In this document: piece by piece, positions 11,494 through 23,800 of the stretch
How the letters are laid out: each line of letters begins with the position of its first letter
How positions within the stretch are numbered: position 1 is the stretch's first letter
Origin: Lepidodermella squamata
Lineage: Eukaryota; Animalia; Gastrotricha
Assembly: GCA_047495785.1 (NCBI GenBank)
Contig: JBLDXI010000023.1
Coordinates: 868,001-932,000, forward strand
Reading direction: 5' to 3'
Length of the DNA: 64,000 nt
The notes under the pieces: model-generated
The model's database searches: none
The model's input: only the letters and a program-made list of their open reading frames with translations
Told to the model about the DNA's origin: nothing
Made by a program: the position numbers and the translations under genes

Positions 11494-13995
11494 CTATAAC
11501 TGTTTACTCAAGCCGACAAACTGGTTCTGGAACTCCCGAACAGGCTGGTTGGCTAAAGCGTGGAAGCCAGGCCATCGGCTAGGCAAGTCCTGCATGAGCG
11601 ATCGGAAAATGTTGTCACCGCTTTGAACGACCGACACTAAGTTCTCGATTTTTGAATACTGACTTTGGCAAGTCTCAGCTCCACCCAGCATGTGCTTCAT
11701 CGCCATCTCGTACGAATGGCGAACAAGAGGAATTGGACCGAAATTCACGCGAGAATCATCTGAAAAAATTAAATGAATTAGGAACTTGTGTTTAAAGCCC
11801 AGTATCTATCCCCGCAAAATAAATTGGTCAAAGTAAAAATTACCTTGGCTTAAGCATAGAAGGGCACAAAAGACGGCAAATTCCTGCTGGTTAGAAATAG
11901 TTGCTGCCACTTGGTTGCCAACATAGCTCAGGTAGCTCTTAATCATGAAATCCCTCTCGTTGTCCGTCTGTGAAATTAGCATTGAAAAGCCAGTAAATAA
12001 CCCTGAATCACGAGGAATTAGCCCCAGATTTTCAAAGTTGAACGACATTTGAGCGACAAGAACGGGGAAGAACGAGTTCAGGTACAACACCATGCGTCCC
12101 TGCATGCCGATGGACTTCACGCCGGGTAGAGCATCCAAAAAATCGCTAACTGCCTTCAAGTAAACAGCGAACACGTCGGCTTTGACAATCATAGATTCGT
12201 CAGAAGTCATTTCTGGAGCAATCACAACATTTACCTGTGGAAAAGCATTAATTAAATGGTTGTTGTCTTGCATTCTACACAATTACCTGAGAAATCGGGG
12301 CCAATTTGACGGCAGCCGCAACGCATTGCTGTACAAGCCATTCTGCGAATGAATTTTTGGGCTGCGAAACAGCTGGAGGTATTAGCGACTCAGTGGCTGC
12401 TGTTTGTGGGCTACTCTCTCCCCGTCCTATTAGCATCTGATTGAGAGTCAGGTATGGCCCTTCAGCACCGCTACTCTCTTTCCTTCCCTCGAGCTGTAAC
12501 CCTCCTCCAACTGCTGCAGCGGAAGAAGTCGAAGGCATTTCGATCGAAAACATAGCCGCCACGTGGTAATCGAACGCAGCCGAAGCAGCCCGAATGGCCT
12601 GCGATGTTTGATCAATGTTAGGCGTAACTGTCAGCGATATCTGATCGAAGAATTCATCGTCACTGCTGCTCACTGTTGATTGCAAAAGTAACAAGTCCGA
12701 TGTCAGCTGGGTTTCTTGAGAAGGCTGTTTAGCGAGAGGGCTAGGTTGAGAAGGGCCAGTCGATTCATCTGAAGAATCTCTGATTGATCTTGTGATTGTC
12801 ACTTGGTGACGATCGTGCGGCATGCTTTCTAAGCTGTACGATTCAGATTGAAATGGCGATATCGGCTCAGGATTGGGCATGCTTGTAGTCACCACTGACG
12901 ATTGAGCGGGTAAGGTTGATTCGCTCGAGCAAGATGAGTCCATGATAGAACTTTCAGTCGAGCTCACTTCCCTCGCTTGTTGCAACGACTCGCGCCGACT
13001 TGAAGAAAGCGCGTGCCTAAAACATTGTAAACAATAAAAAATTACGTAATTGAAATTCAACGGGTTACTAGGATGTAATCCTCATGAGTTGAGTTTATGA
13101 TTAAATTAACTCAATGCTCACGGAATTTTTCGTCTCCGGGTTTGTAGCCGCGTGTCGTCTGAGGAGGATTCATCAACATCGTAATCGAGGTCATCGCAAT
13201 CAATGCTGCGATTGTAAACAGGCCCCTTCCACTTGCTAGATGATCCGCCCATTGCCTGCTCGTGCGTATACAACGAATAGCGGCTCCGTGAGAAACACTC
13301 AGGATACATACCAGCATCATAGCAGCGGCGCAGGTAGCAACTACGGCAGTCAGATTTAAGACTGCACGAAGCTTTCGGAATAAATTCGTCCTGTGGTTTG
13401 GAATTTCGAGGGCGTTGTATGCATCCATGTGATGTCCCACGCGTTTGACTAGCGCGGGCGAAAAAGAATCCGCAATTTTCACAAGAGACGACCCCGAAGA
13501 AAAATCCTCGGCCTAAAAGAAATCACAAAAAATCACAGACATCATTTGAATAAAATTGATCATACTCGACGCACTGCAAACTGCACAGGGAATTCTGCTG
13601 AAATCAACGCCCAGTGATTCTTTCGGCACTTCCGAACCACTGCTACCCACCGTTGCTCGTCGCTTTGCTTGCAGTAACCGGCTGCTTTCTGCCCTGTTCA
13701 ATAGCTTAGCTCTTCGCATGTTTGATTTAACACTCGAGCACGTCTTGTATTTGCAGAGTCGGCATTTCGCCAGGTCCGATGCTGATTTATGTTTCGCAGT
13801 TCGGTCTGAGCAGACGCAATCGCTCTCATCTGGCGGGCCTTCTGCTCGGCATTGCAGGTGAAATTCGCGGCAAGATTCGCATATGGATAATCTTGGAAGT
13901 TGAGTTGAATCTCGGCTGCTTCGAGTTAACGGGTGATGCCGAATTTTCGGTATCAGACGTCGACAGACGCCGCAGTACGATTTGCAAGCACTCAT
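11494..13995 (-). CDS. Nuclear receptor with two DNA-binding domains (2DBD-NR), copy A; exons 13995-13566, 13512-13122, 13016-12287, 12234-11844, 11759-11494
   Basis: DBD1 CGVC..CESC..CVC..CRLCKYKTC; spliced DBD2 CAVCSASSRGFFFGVVSCENCGFFFAR...CRSCYLRRCYDAGM; LBD signature FLDALPGVKSIGMQGRMVLY and EFAVFCALLCLS; all four introns GT-AG and frame-preserving. Confidence 0.85.
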
Positions 13996-15045
13996 CGCGC
14001 GGCCATCCAGTATTAATATTCTACAATTCAGAAATTTGAAAAATATTAATCTGAATTCTGCCAAACAAAATGATAAAAATTGAGAAATGAGGAATTTTAA
14101 TATCAATCGCAATCGCGATTTCTGCAGCGTAGTCTGATTATGTTTGAACATTTGAAAACGCGAAAGAGAAATATGCAATTACATACTTGAAGGCCAATAT
14201 CCAGTATGCGGTGAATGTTTCATTGTGTTTCATTGAATAAAAGCGAGTTGCTCGGCTTTTCAAATGGTGCGACAGCAATTAGTCGCCACGCGCGTCTTAT
14301 TCCTGCCTCCAACATCTCGCAGCGGGAAAAATACAAAGGTGAACGCAACTCTATTCTTCCGCTAGCGATATACTAGAGCACCACGGTTGAAAAAGAACAC
14401 AGCAACGCTAGCTTGAATTGACCTTTTTGACCGGCGGCGTAAACAACATGGCTTTAACGAATGCTGATGGTGTCTTAAATATGCCGTGACGCACTAATCT
14501 GCACTTACTGGCGGCGAGCAACAGGTTATCAGCATTTTCACAAGTTGCAGAGATAAATACATGAAGTCAAAATAAAAAGTTTAACTCCACCTGTAGTGTG
14601 CCAAGTACTAAAGAAGCCATGGCAAGAAAGCGCCGAAAAACCTCAAGAGATGAGGGCCCTTTAGTCAGACAAATTCGGGGCTAAAAACACTCAAACGTAG
14701 CCCCAATTCGAGGATCCTACTTTATACACTGTCCTCCTGGGTTGCGATGCCTCTCATTCCCCTTTATACATTATTCTTACGGCTGCTGTTGATCCAGTCA
14801 CACACAAGTATTTGGCACAAGGTATTTTTTCAACAGCATACCAAAAACCATAGTACTCCAGAGGAGCTGCGTATTTAAAAGTCAATTAATTTTCACCCTG
14901 AAATAATTCTCGAAATTTGTCCTCGATAATTTTTGAGCAGAAGAATTTGTGGCTAGAACTGACAAGAGACAAAGCATATCATTCCAGAATCCAGAAATTA
15001 GATTTTATTTAACTAATGAGCGAAACATCACAAGTATGCAAAATT

Positions 15046-15316
15046 GCACATTTTCCTGCCCGGCGATGGTTCCTCCGCGCGCGCTCTTATTGCTATTATC
15101 CTTAAGAAAAAAATACCGACTACGAGCATAAAAAATTTATTCAAAAGAAAAGACATTCTGAATATTGGACTTTCACATTGAGACTTCGCTGCGCGCGCGA
15201 GGAAGGCTGTGATCATTTGTTGCGCATTAAATTCGAGCGAGGTAAACTTACGCGAAAACCTGGTGGCCAATAGAAGCGCGCGGGCCGAGGAAGCACCGGC
15301 GGGGCGAAAAATGTGC
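15046..15316. mobile_element. Degenerate MITE-like element with ~48-bp imperfect inverted repeats
   Basis: gcacattttcctgcccggcgatggttcctccgcgcgcgctcttattg versus caatagaagcgcgcgggccgaggaagcaccggcggggcgaaaaatgtgc (reverse-complement match); no clear TSD. Confidence 0.45.
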
Positions 15317-15395
15317 GTGTAAATTACGACTACCCAATCAGCCTTTTGCTTGATTGCACTGTATCAAGAACGTAGTCGAGAAAATCAAGGATCGA

Positions 15396-17865
15396 TCATC
15401 TGAAGAGATGTAATCGTTGCGAGGACCTACCTCGACGCTCTTGCTGCATCATTTCAACAAACTGCTGCTGGAAATCCCGGACAAGTGAGTCAGCGAGTTC
15501 AAATATTGGCATTTCTAGCATCAGCGTATAGAAAATATCGGCACCACGACGAAAAACCGCCATCAAATTCTGCATTTTCGCCAGTCTATTCAGACTGCTG
15601 ACTGAACCACCTAGCAAATGTTCCATAGCTAGCTCGTAAGAGTGCCGAATAAGTTCGATTTGGTCAGAATTAGCTAGCCTTCCGTTATCTGAAAAAAGTT
15701 GAAGCTATAGATTGAATGAAATATTCAAGTTTGAGCCTACCAGGGCTGAAGCAAACCAGAGCGCAAAAAACAGAAAATTCACGTAGGTTCGAAATCGCTG
15801 CCGCTAGTTGATGACCAACATAGCTCAAGTAGCTTTTAATCATAAAATCTCGCTCATTATCAGCCTGCAGCATCATCATATAAAATCCGTTATATTGCCT
15901 AAAATCGCGCTTCGCTACCGAGCCTGAGGCATTGTTGAAGTTGAGAGACATCTGGGCAATTACAACTCGAAAGAACGCGTGTAGGTATAAGAGTTTGCGA
16001 TCTTGCGGGTTGATCGACTTCACTCCGGGCAAGGCTGTCAAGAATTCGTTAATAGCCCTTAATTGAACGGCAAGAGCATCCGCTTTCACAGCAGCGACGT
16101 TTTCGGTCGTCATCTCTGGGGCAATAGTTAATTCGATCTACAACATAAGCAATTTGGTATTATAATTGGGGAATTGAGTAATAACATGAATAGCCCCTTC
16201 TTAAATCATACACACCTGTGAAATCGGGATCAATTTGACAGAAGCCGCAACGCACTGTTGAATCAACCATTCAGCGAACGAATTTTGTGGCTGTGATACT
16301 GCTGTTGGTGCCAGCGAATCGAGTGACAAGAGGCAGTTGGTTGATGATCCCAGCAGGATTCCATTCAGAGTCAAACAACCTACTCGATCCGAAGTTCCGA
16401 CGCCAATCGCCACGGCTCTACCCTCTGTTAGAGCATGAGTTGAAGCAGTTCGTTTGAACGTAGCATCACCTTTGACTGTTCCTGTATGATATCTCCCGCC
16501 TCCTCTTCTGCCCTTCGACTTGGATATAGACCTCCTCGAAGCGCTTATTAGCTTTTGTTTAGGAGTTTGAAACGGGACGTCTTGGTCGATTTTTGCGGCT
16601 GACGATTCCGACCATGTCACAGATGAGGAAGAATTCAGCCGAGGATGTGACATATTCGTGTCCACATATTGATTTGCTGTAACAGGCTCGTGCGAAGTCT
16701 CGGCATTCATCGCATCGGTTTCACACGCCGTTAGTTCATGCCTTGATCGTCTTGCAACTGTTCTATCGTTTTTAATACAAATGTGCGTTACTTCTTCCGA
16801 AAGAATGGTGAGAATTAGGAAAAATTCGGGAAAAAATCGTCACGTTCCGCGTAACTTCAAAAATACTTACGATAAGGGTCTCCCGTTTAAAGGTAACTGG
16901 CAAGTCGCAGCGCTGCCATCTGAGGCGGCGCCTAATCCAGTGCTATCTGACGGTTCCTCAGTTTCATCATCGTGATCTATATTCATCTCGTTAACATTCG
17001 CCGATCTCAAATCGGCCAACATTTTGATAGTTTCGCGAGAATCTTGTGTATAGCGGCCCATTTGCGAAACGCCCCGACTCATGCCAGCGTTGTAGCAGCG
17101 GCGCAGCCGGCATAACCGGCATTTTGATATCGGGCCGCACGGAGATTTCGGCGTAAATTTGACGTTGAGAGGGCGTTGTAAGCAAACGATATCTGTTCGA
17201 TGTCTATGACTCGATGCACGGATGAAAAATACTTTGCAGCTCGAGCATGTTATTGCGCCGAAGTGACAGCCAGAGCCTAAAAAATAAAAAAATTGTGGAA
17301 AATAATCTGTCGGCTCGGCTATTGCGCATTCGAAATTGTTAATAAATCATTTCGAAGCTTAGGAATTTCGAAGGGCTTAGCGCGAAGACGGGTTAAATAA
17401 AGGTTGAATAAGACAAAAGTTTCAAAACATTGCAACGACTTGCTTACTTGGTGAGCCGCAAACTGCACACGGGATTCTAGCAAAATGAACATCGAGTGAA
17501 TTATTCGAACTTGTCTGCTCGCTGCTACCTGCCCGATTTCCACTAGGTGGCAAGGTTTGATTTGATGCCGATGCCCTCGCTGCCGCGTTGTAGTCGATGA
17601 ATTTCATTCGACGCGCCTTCTGAATGCGTTCCATCACAGTCTTGCATAGCTTGTATCGACATGTTCGACATTTTTTGAGATCTGGCGCGTGGGCACTCGA
17701 GTTCCCACAGGTGCAGTCGCTTTTCATGGACGCTCCTTTCGCTTGGCAACGCCGGTAGAACTTGAGGCAAGCTTCGCACAGCGAATCTGTGGCCTCCTGG
17801 TTGCGTCTATTGATGCCTGGTATCAGCCTTCGACAAACGCTACAATGTAAATCTGAGCCATCCAT
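15396..17865 (-). CDS. Nuclear receptor with two DNA-binding domains (2DBD-NR), copy B; exons 17865-17448, 17276-16871, 16762-16216, 16137-15741, 15688-15396
   Basis: DBD1 CSVC..CEACLKFYRR..CTC..CRTCRYKLC; spliced DBD2 [27 protein letters not shown]...CRLCRLRRCYNAGMSRGVSQMGRY; LBD FLTALPGVKSINPQDRKLLY, EFSVFCALVCFSP; same intron positions and phases as copy A. Confidence 0.87.
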
Positions 17866-18433
17866 GTTTCAAAGAAATATCTAAATCTAAATTTCAACTC
17901 AATATTTCCATTCAAGGAGGGATTATAGTTAAAATAAAGGTCATCCAAATTGCCATGCTATTGTAAAATTCACGTAGTAATTACAAGCGAATGTCTTCAT
18001 AATGATAATTAAAACCGTGCATAGTGTCTACAGCTTGCTACTAGATAATTTCATTGTGCTTCGTGAGTGGATGAACACTTTTGTTCATCTTTCGAGACGC
18101 ATAATACACTGAAAATGAATTGCTTGTATATTAAGTCTTCACATACATTTTTGAATGAATGAACAAACGTTGCATAAGTGCTTTTGGATGTTTAGTTTGA
18201 TGTTATTTTGTTCACACGAAGTTACCGCTACGTCTCGTGCAGTATGACCTCCATTGTCTTTTTGAGCATCTTTATTAACTAAATCTGAGAACGTGATTTT
18301 ACGGGAATTACTGACACTGATCTTATGCTGTCATTCATAACAAAGCTATCTCAGCCGCAGTTTGCGAACTTCTATCAGCAAAAAGTCGAATTTATTACAT
18401 TTAATTTTATTTATTTCACGTGCTCAAGTTGAT

Positions 18434-19573
18434 TTAGTCTAAAGCACTGAAATGTGGACGCATAACTTGAAGGACGAAAACACAAGTCAAGGTGAAGGCG
18501 ATAATCGCTACCGAACAAGCTATAACATCCATCAGCCTATTCCTAGACAGTTTAAACCGCCCATGAACTATGACATTATGATTAAACCACTTCGAGTACA
18601 TTTTAGCGATATAACACGTTACAAATGCATATAGAGTGATCAGCAGGGTCAACAATTCGCATGAACGTGTGAAATCACTGAGCAACATCCGTCCTGGTTT
18701 CGCCGGCGTCCTTCGGCTGACTTCAAGCCTTAACACAGTCATAGCGAGGAGAACCGTGATCGCAAATCCAGGTCTTAGCGGCTTAGCTGCGTGGATGGCG
18801 ATCGAGAGGAACTGCATCGAGGTCAAAATGATGCAAGGAACCATGAGAAACCAAACGTAGAAATGAGGCCGTCGAATAAATAAGAAATCGTAAACAGCAT
18901 TGTAATAAATCCCGCCACGAATGACTTTACGCTTTATAAGAAGAAGTAATTGCCAGTTGTCGAAATATTTAGCAGGCGGGGCGACACCAGCGCGAATATC
19001 GACTAAATTGGCATCTTGCAGTCTATTCCCGATGCGAAGTTGGATTGAACATGTTTGATTGTCGAAAGGAAAGTTCGATAGGTCGATATCACAATGAGAG
19101 GAGATAACACCTCGCAAATTCATCTGTAAATTAGCACTAATTCCGTTGAATTTGATTAACAGCTCCTTCTGAAAGTGTTTCATCGTTGGATCATTAACAG
19201 AATTCTCGTGATATATCAGCGGTGTCCAGAAAAGCGAGGCATTTGGGTAGAATACGTCACCCTGATACTGATACTTTCTCAGCTCGTAGCAGCGAATTGT
19301 CCAAGCTATTTGAAGGTTGATCAAAAACTTGAAGCTCTGCGCAACATCGTCAACTCCAAAGTTGCGAATGGCAATCAGGTTGATTAGAAAAGGCGTCGGA
19401 ACACAGGATTGGTCGGAGTAGGCAAAACTTCTGCTAGTGTTGCAGTTCGGGTTCATAGATTCAACCGACATGTGATTGCAGTCGTTCAGCAAAGCTATAC
19501 TTCTAGAATTCGCTACCTCTGAGAATTGCAAACTTGAGCAGATACTCGAAAGTAGGACGAGTATGGCAAGCAT
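18434..19573 (-). CDS. Highly divergent Cys-loop LGIC subunit, subfamily D (single exon)
   Basis: Signal peptide MLAILVLLSS; CDIDLSNFPFDNQTC; FWTP; M2 KPLRPGFAITVLLAMTV. Confidence 0.9.
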   Translation of the reverse strand: MLAILVLLSSICSSLQFSEVANSRSIALLNDCNHMSVESMNPNCNTSRSFAYSDQSCVPTPFLINLIAIRNFGVDDVAQSFKFLINLQIAWTIRCYELRKYQYQGDVFYPNASLFWTPLIYHENSVNDPTMKHFQKELLIKFNGISANLQMNLRGVISSHCDIDLSNFPFDNQTCSIQLRIGNRLQDANLVDIRAGVAPPAKYFDNWQLLLLIKRKVIRGGIYYNAVYDFLFIRRPHFYVWFLMVPCIILTSMQFLSIAIHAAKPLRPGFAITVLLAMTVLRLEVSRRTPAKPGRMLLSDFTRSCELLTLLITLYAFVTCYIAKMYSKWFNHNVIVHGRFKLSRNRLMDVIACSVAIIAFTLTCVFVLQVMRPHFSALD

Positions 19574-19997
19574 TTGAAAAAAAACTGGCTGAATAAGTTC
19601 AATAGTGAAAAATCACGCTCTCCCGATTCACATAGCTCCTATGTGCGATTATTTGCCAGGAAATGAAACGAAATCCAAACATACCCAGCAAATACTTCCC
19701 CACAAATTCAAAAAAATACAGGCTGTACTGGTGAACATAACGCATAATTTGAACAAAAAAGAGGATGTTTTCATAATAATCTGTTAAAAACATCACATCA
19801 AAATAGCTATTGTGAAAACATTTCTGCGGGTTATCTCACACAGTTTGGCGGTTATAGCTACTAGTATAACAGGCGCCCGCTTCGCGGGCGCCAATGTATG
19901 TATACCGGATTGACGATTTGGAAAGCAATAAAAGGAAAGACTCAGTTTTATTTCACACTAAACAACCGCAATTCAAGGAAGAAAAAAGCGGAGATAA

Positions 19998-20597
19998 TTA
20001 ATAATCGGTGTAAATTTCATGAGAGGTGAGGTTGCATTCTTCGGCTTCTTTCTCAGGGTTGTCGAACGATATCAGGCAGTCTTAGAATTAAGAATATTAA
20101 AATGGTCATATGTATTTGATGGAAATTTCGCTTTACTCACCGTAGACGTAGCCGGGGTCGACATCCTCCAGATACATGTGTACAATGGCAACGGTGCAGT
20201 TGACTTCTTGCATTTCTCGCCCTAATCGCCTGAAACCGCGTGAATCCAAGTGAGAGGACATCGCCTGTCGCCAATTGCTGACATACGCTGTCCGCCACGT
20301 CTTAATCCAGATGAAGTAGTACCCCATATCTGGGTCGTCGTCAAACTCGGGGTCCCAGTAGTCCTCGGCATCCTCATCAAGTCGAGAGTCATCCGGGCTG
20401 CAAGATTCATATAGGAATTTCCATCCAGGAAATTTTGGTACGAAGCCAACGCCGCAAATCTCAAATATCTCTTGAAAAATGTGTAGAATACCACACCTGG
20501 AAACGGATTCTCGCAGATCTCGGTACCAGAAGACGTACTCTTCGGGGATTTCGTAATAAACGCGATAACGGTCAGTGTAATACCAACTGGGGTACAT
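19998..20597 (-). CDS. Unknown acidic, Tyr/Trp-rich protein carried inside the Helitron (exons 20597-20141, 20080-19998)
   Basis: ORF MYPSWYYTDRY...DPGYVY; a 60-bp gtgagt...ctaag intron continues in frame to DCLISFDNPEKEAEECNLTSHEIYTDY*. No recognisable domain. Confidence 0.6.
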
Positions 20598-20811
20598 ATT
20601 AGTCGAAATATTATTCTGATCTAAAAAAATAATTTGAATTAAATAAATTAGGGAGAGGAGATAGTTTGTGGACGAAATTCTGACGTCCACAACTGGGGAA
20701 GAATAAAATTTGAGATCATGAAAAGTGAAGAATTCTGGAAAATGAATTATGCTATGCGGATAGAATAGAAAAAATTAGGTAAAGCTGGATGTAAGAAGTG
20801 GCTATAAGCCA

Positions 20812-23800
20812 TCATTTCAGCAACACCTCAGGATAGACAACATTGACGGTGTAGTACTGCTTTGTCTTCTTGTCGTAGTGGCTGAAAACAATAAGGTTTC
20901 GTGGATCTCGAACGCGAGATAAAGCGACGTAAAGCTGGCCGTGAGTAAAAACTGGGTGGTTGGCCAGATGTAAGCCGACAACGTTGAAGGTTTGTCCTGT
21001 AAAATAAAAGAATGAATAAATAATCGGTAAACGAAGGAAATGTAATGGTTCACCTTGACTTTTGTTGATTGTCATAGCGAAAGCAAGTCTTATTGGAAAC
21101 TGTTGCCGCTTCATTGGAACAGGGAAAACGCTCTCATCGGTGTTGAAATCAATTCGTGGAATGAGAACAACCTCGCCTACTCGCGTACCGGTAAGAATTT
21201 CGGCCGTGATAATATCGGACCCTAATTGGGTGATTCGAAGTCGCGTTCCATTACAAAGGCCCCCGGAGCAACTGAGATTTCTGATTAAAATAATGGGGGC
21301 GCCTATTTTCAACGCCAATCGATGAGGTGGTATTCCTGAAGGATTGAGTGTATTGAGAACTTCAACTTGGAACATTGCTCGAGCAGCTTCATCTTGAACG
21401 GTATCGCGACTCGTGTAAATAAGAGCATTTCCGGGCAGCCGTTGCAGGATCTTCTCGTTGAGGTAATCAACTTCGTCATTCCTCGTGGCAAGTATACATC
21501 TCTCGGCGACGTAGCCGGCGTCAGTTCGGTTGGAAAGGTCATCATAGACGGCGCGAATTAGGTCGTTTTCCGAATTCGCGTGCTTAATTGGGTCAGGAAT
21601 GATTACCGAGTCAGGTATGCCAGCAATTCCAGGGGCAACGCCATCCCCAACCTGAGATAAAATCTTTGTTATAAAAAAGACAGACAACTAAAAATGCCTT
21701 ATTACCTGAATTAGCCATTGCACGTAGGGAGCTACGACGGGATCATTAATGACCCGCATATTTCTGGTCAGGCGCATGATTTTAATTGTTGGCCAGAAAT
21801 CAGCTTTTCTCAAGCAAGCGTCAACGATCTCAGCTCGACCACCACGCGGAATGACGGGTAGGCATTGACGAAAGTCGCCACCGAAAACTATGGGAATACC
21901 TGATGAGAAATTGTCAATTAAAACCTGAATTCGGTCGTAACTAAACACAACTAACCTCCAAATGGCAAATTACATTGCGTCAGATCTCGAATGCTCTTAT
22001 CTAGGGCCAAGAAGTTAAAGCGGCTCATCATTGGCGCTTCGTCCCAAATGATCAGATGAGTACGTCGGATAAGGTCAGCGACGGCAGATCTTTTCGAAAT
22101 GGAGCAAGTGCTGTATTCATCCGCTTGCAGTGGAATCTTGAACCGAGAATGAGCCGTTCTTCCACTGTCGAGAAGAATTGCCGCTATACCAGAGGAAGCA
22201 ACAGCCAAAGCGATGTCGCCGAGAGACCGGACTGACCGTAGTAAGTAGTTGTAGATGTAGGTTTTCCCACAGCCGCCATAACCCTCGAGGAAAAACACTG
22301 ATGGCTGACGCTGCCCGGCTCGAAAAGATTCCACTGCGCTTTCGACAACATTTACAACCGACCACTGCTCGTCAGTTAGTCGCAAGCGTTGCTCTTCAAG
22401 TTGAAGCATCAATCTTCCTCGAGGATAACTCAATTCTTCGGTAATGAGAGAAGCAACGGGAGATGTAGGGATAGGCATGTTTGGAAAATCGGCCAAGCTC
22501 AGCCCTTGTGGGCTAATAAAATTAGCAATTTCAATCAATGCATTGTTTTTCATTTCTTGATTAAGTTCCATTTCCGGATTCAGACGTCTCGCTTCGTGTA
22601 AAAAATCCTCGCATAAATGCAAGCAAAATTCTTCCCATAGCAACTCAGGGCTAGGAGGCTTTGCGAAAACCAGAAGAATGGCGAATAGTTGTCGTAACTG
22701 ACGCGGTAGTTGCATGACGGACGCTTCTTTCAAATACTGCTTGATTTCATCACCCGATTCGAGAAGTTTTCGCTTTCGACACGCATCAAAAAACGTAGCG
22801 TAAACTTGGCCATCCACCGTTTTCAGGTATTCGAAGCTTGTAGGACCGGGAACATTGAGCAGCAGTAGACGTAAAGCAAAAAGCTCAGTGTTGTAAGGAG
22901 CTGTGTAAATTCGTCCAATGCCGTAAGCAGCATTCTTGCGGCGATTCCATTTCTTCACACCTTTCTTTCCATCCCAGGTGTAGTGTTCAGGCACCTTCTT
23001 ATATGTCAATTGGCGAGCAAAATCGTCATTTTGGCAAAGCTTGAAAAACGCCGTCAACTTCGTATCCTCAGGATTTTGCAGGTCTTCGATGTTGTCACCT
23101 TCTTTAAAAGTAATTCTCTAACAATAGATAAAAATGTTACATTTGTTAATGACATCATTAATTAATTTTTCTTACCTGCTGGTTCTCGAGATGCAGATCA
23201 AGCCGGCAGACAGATGGATATTCGCCGTGCATATGGTAACCGTAAATATGCCAAAAGGCCTCAGAGGTCGAGATGTACCTGCCTTCTAAAAATCGCTTTA
23301 TTTCGTCACCATCATCAATTTCACCAGCGGCACGGTCGGGTCCCTTGTATACATATTTGTAGTGATATTTGACGCTTCCGACTGTTCCAACAGCTTCGCA
23401 ATTGATATGGCAATTATACTTTTTCAATAGATAGGGATTATAAGGAACGACCCATCTGTTGTCAAGGCGTACAGTTTGTTTATTCACGGTTTTCTCGACA
23501 TATCGACCATTATCGGGACGCTTGTATTGAGGGTAGCCGTCATCAACCCATGCCGTAGACTCTTGAAAGTTCTTGGGGAAGTTTTTCGAGCACCTTCCAT
23601 CCGCCATACACGGGCAACTCGGTTGAACATGCCCACACGGCCCATGTAGCATATGACGCGCGACAATAGCGTGCAATTCAGGATGACTATCTGGATTGGG
23701 AAGTTCAGCGGATATAGCCTTATCGATGTCTTCGGGAGTTCTTAATTTATCCGGGTCGTTCAAAATGAGCAGTAAATGTGAGTGAGGTAGGCCGCGTTTT

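Noticed and set aside
13111-13482. 123-aa ORF in the track
   Set aside because: Wrong frame; the real exon is the overlapping frame encoding nuclear-receptor DBD2.
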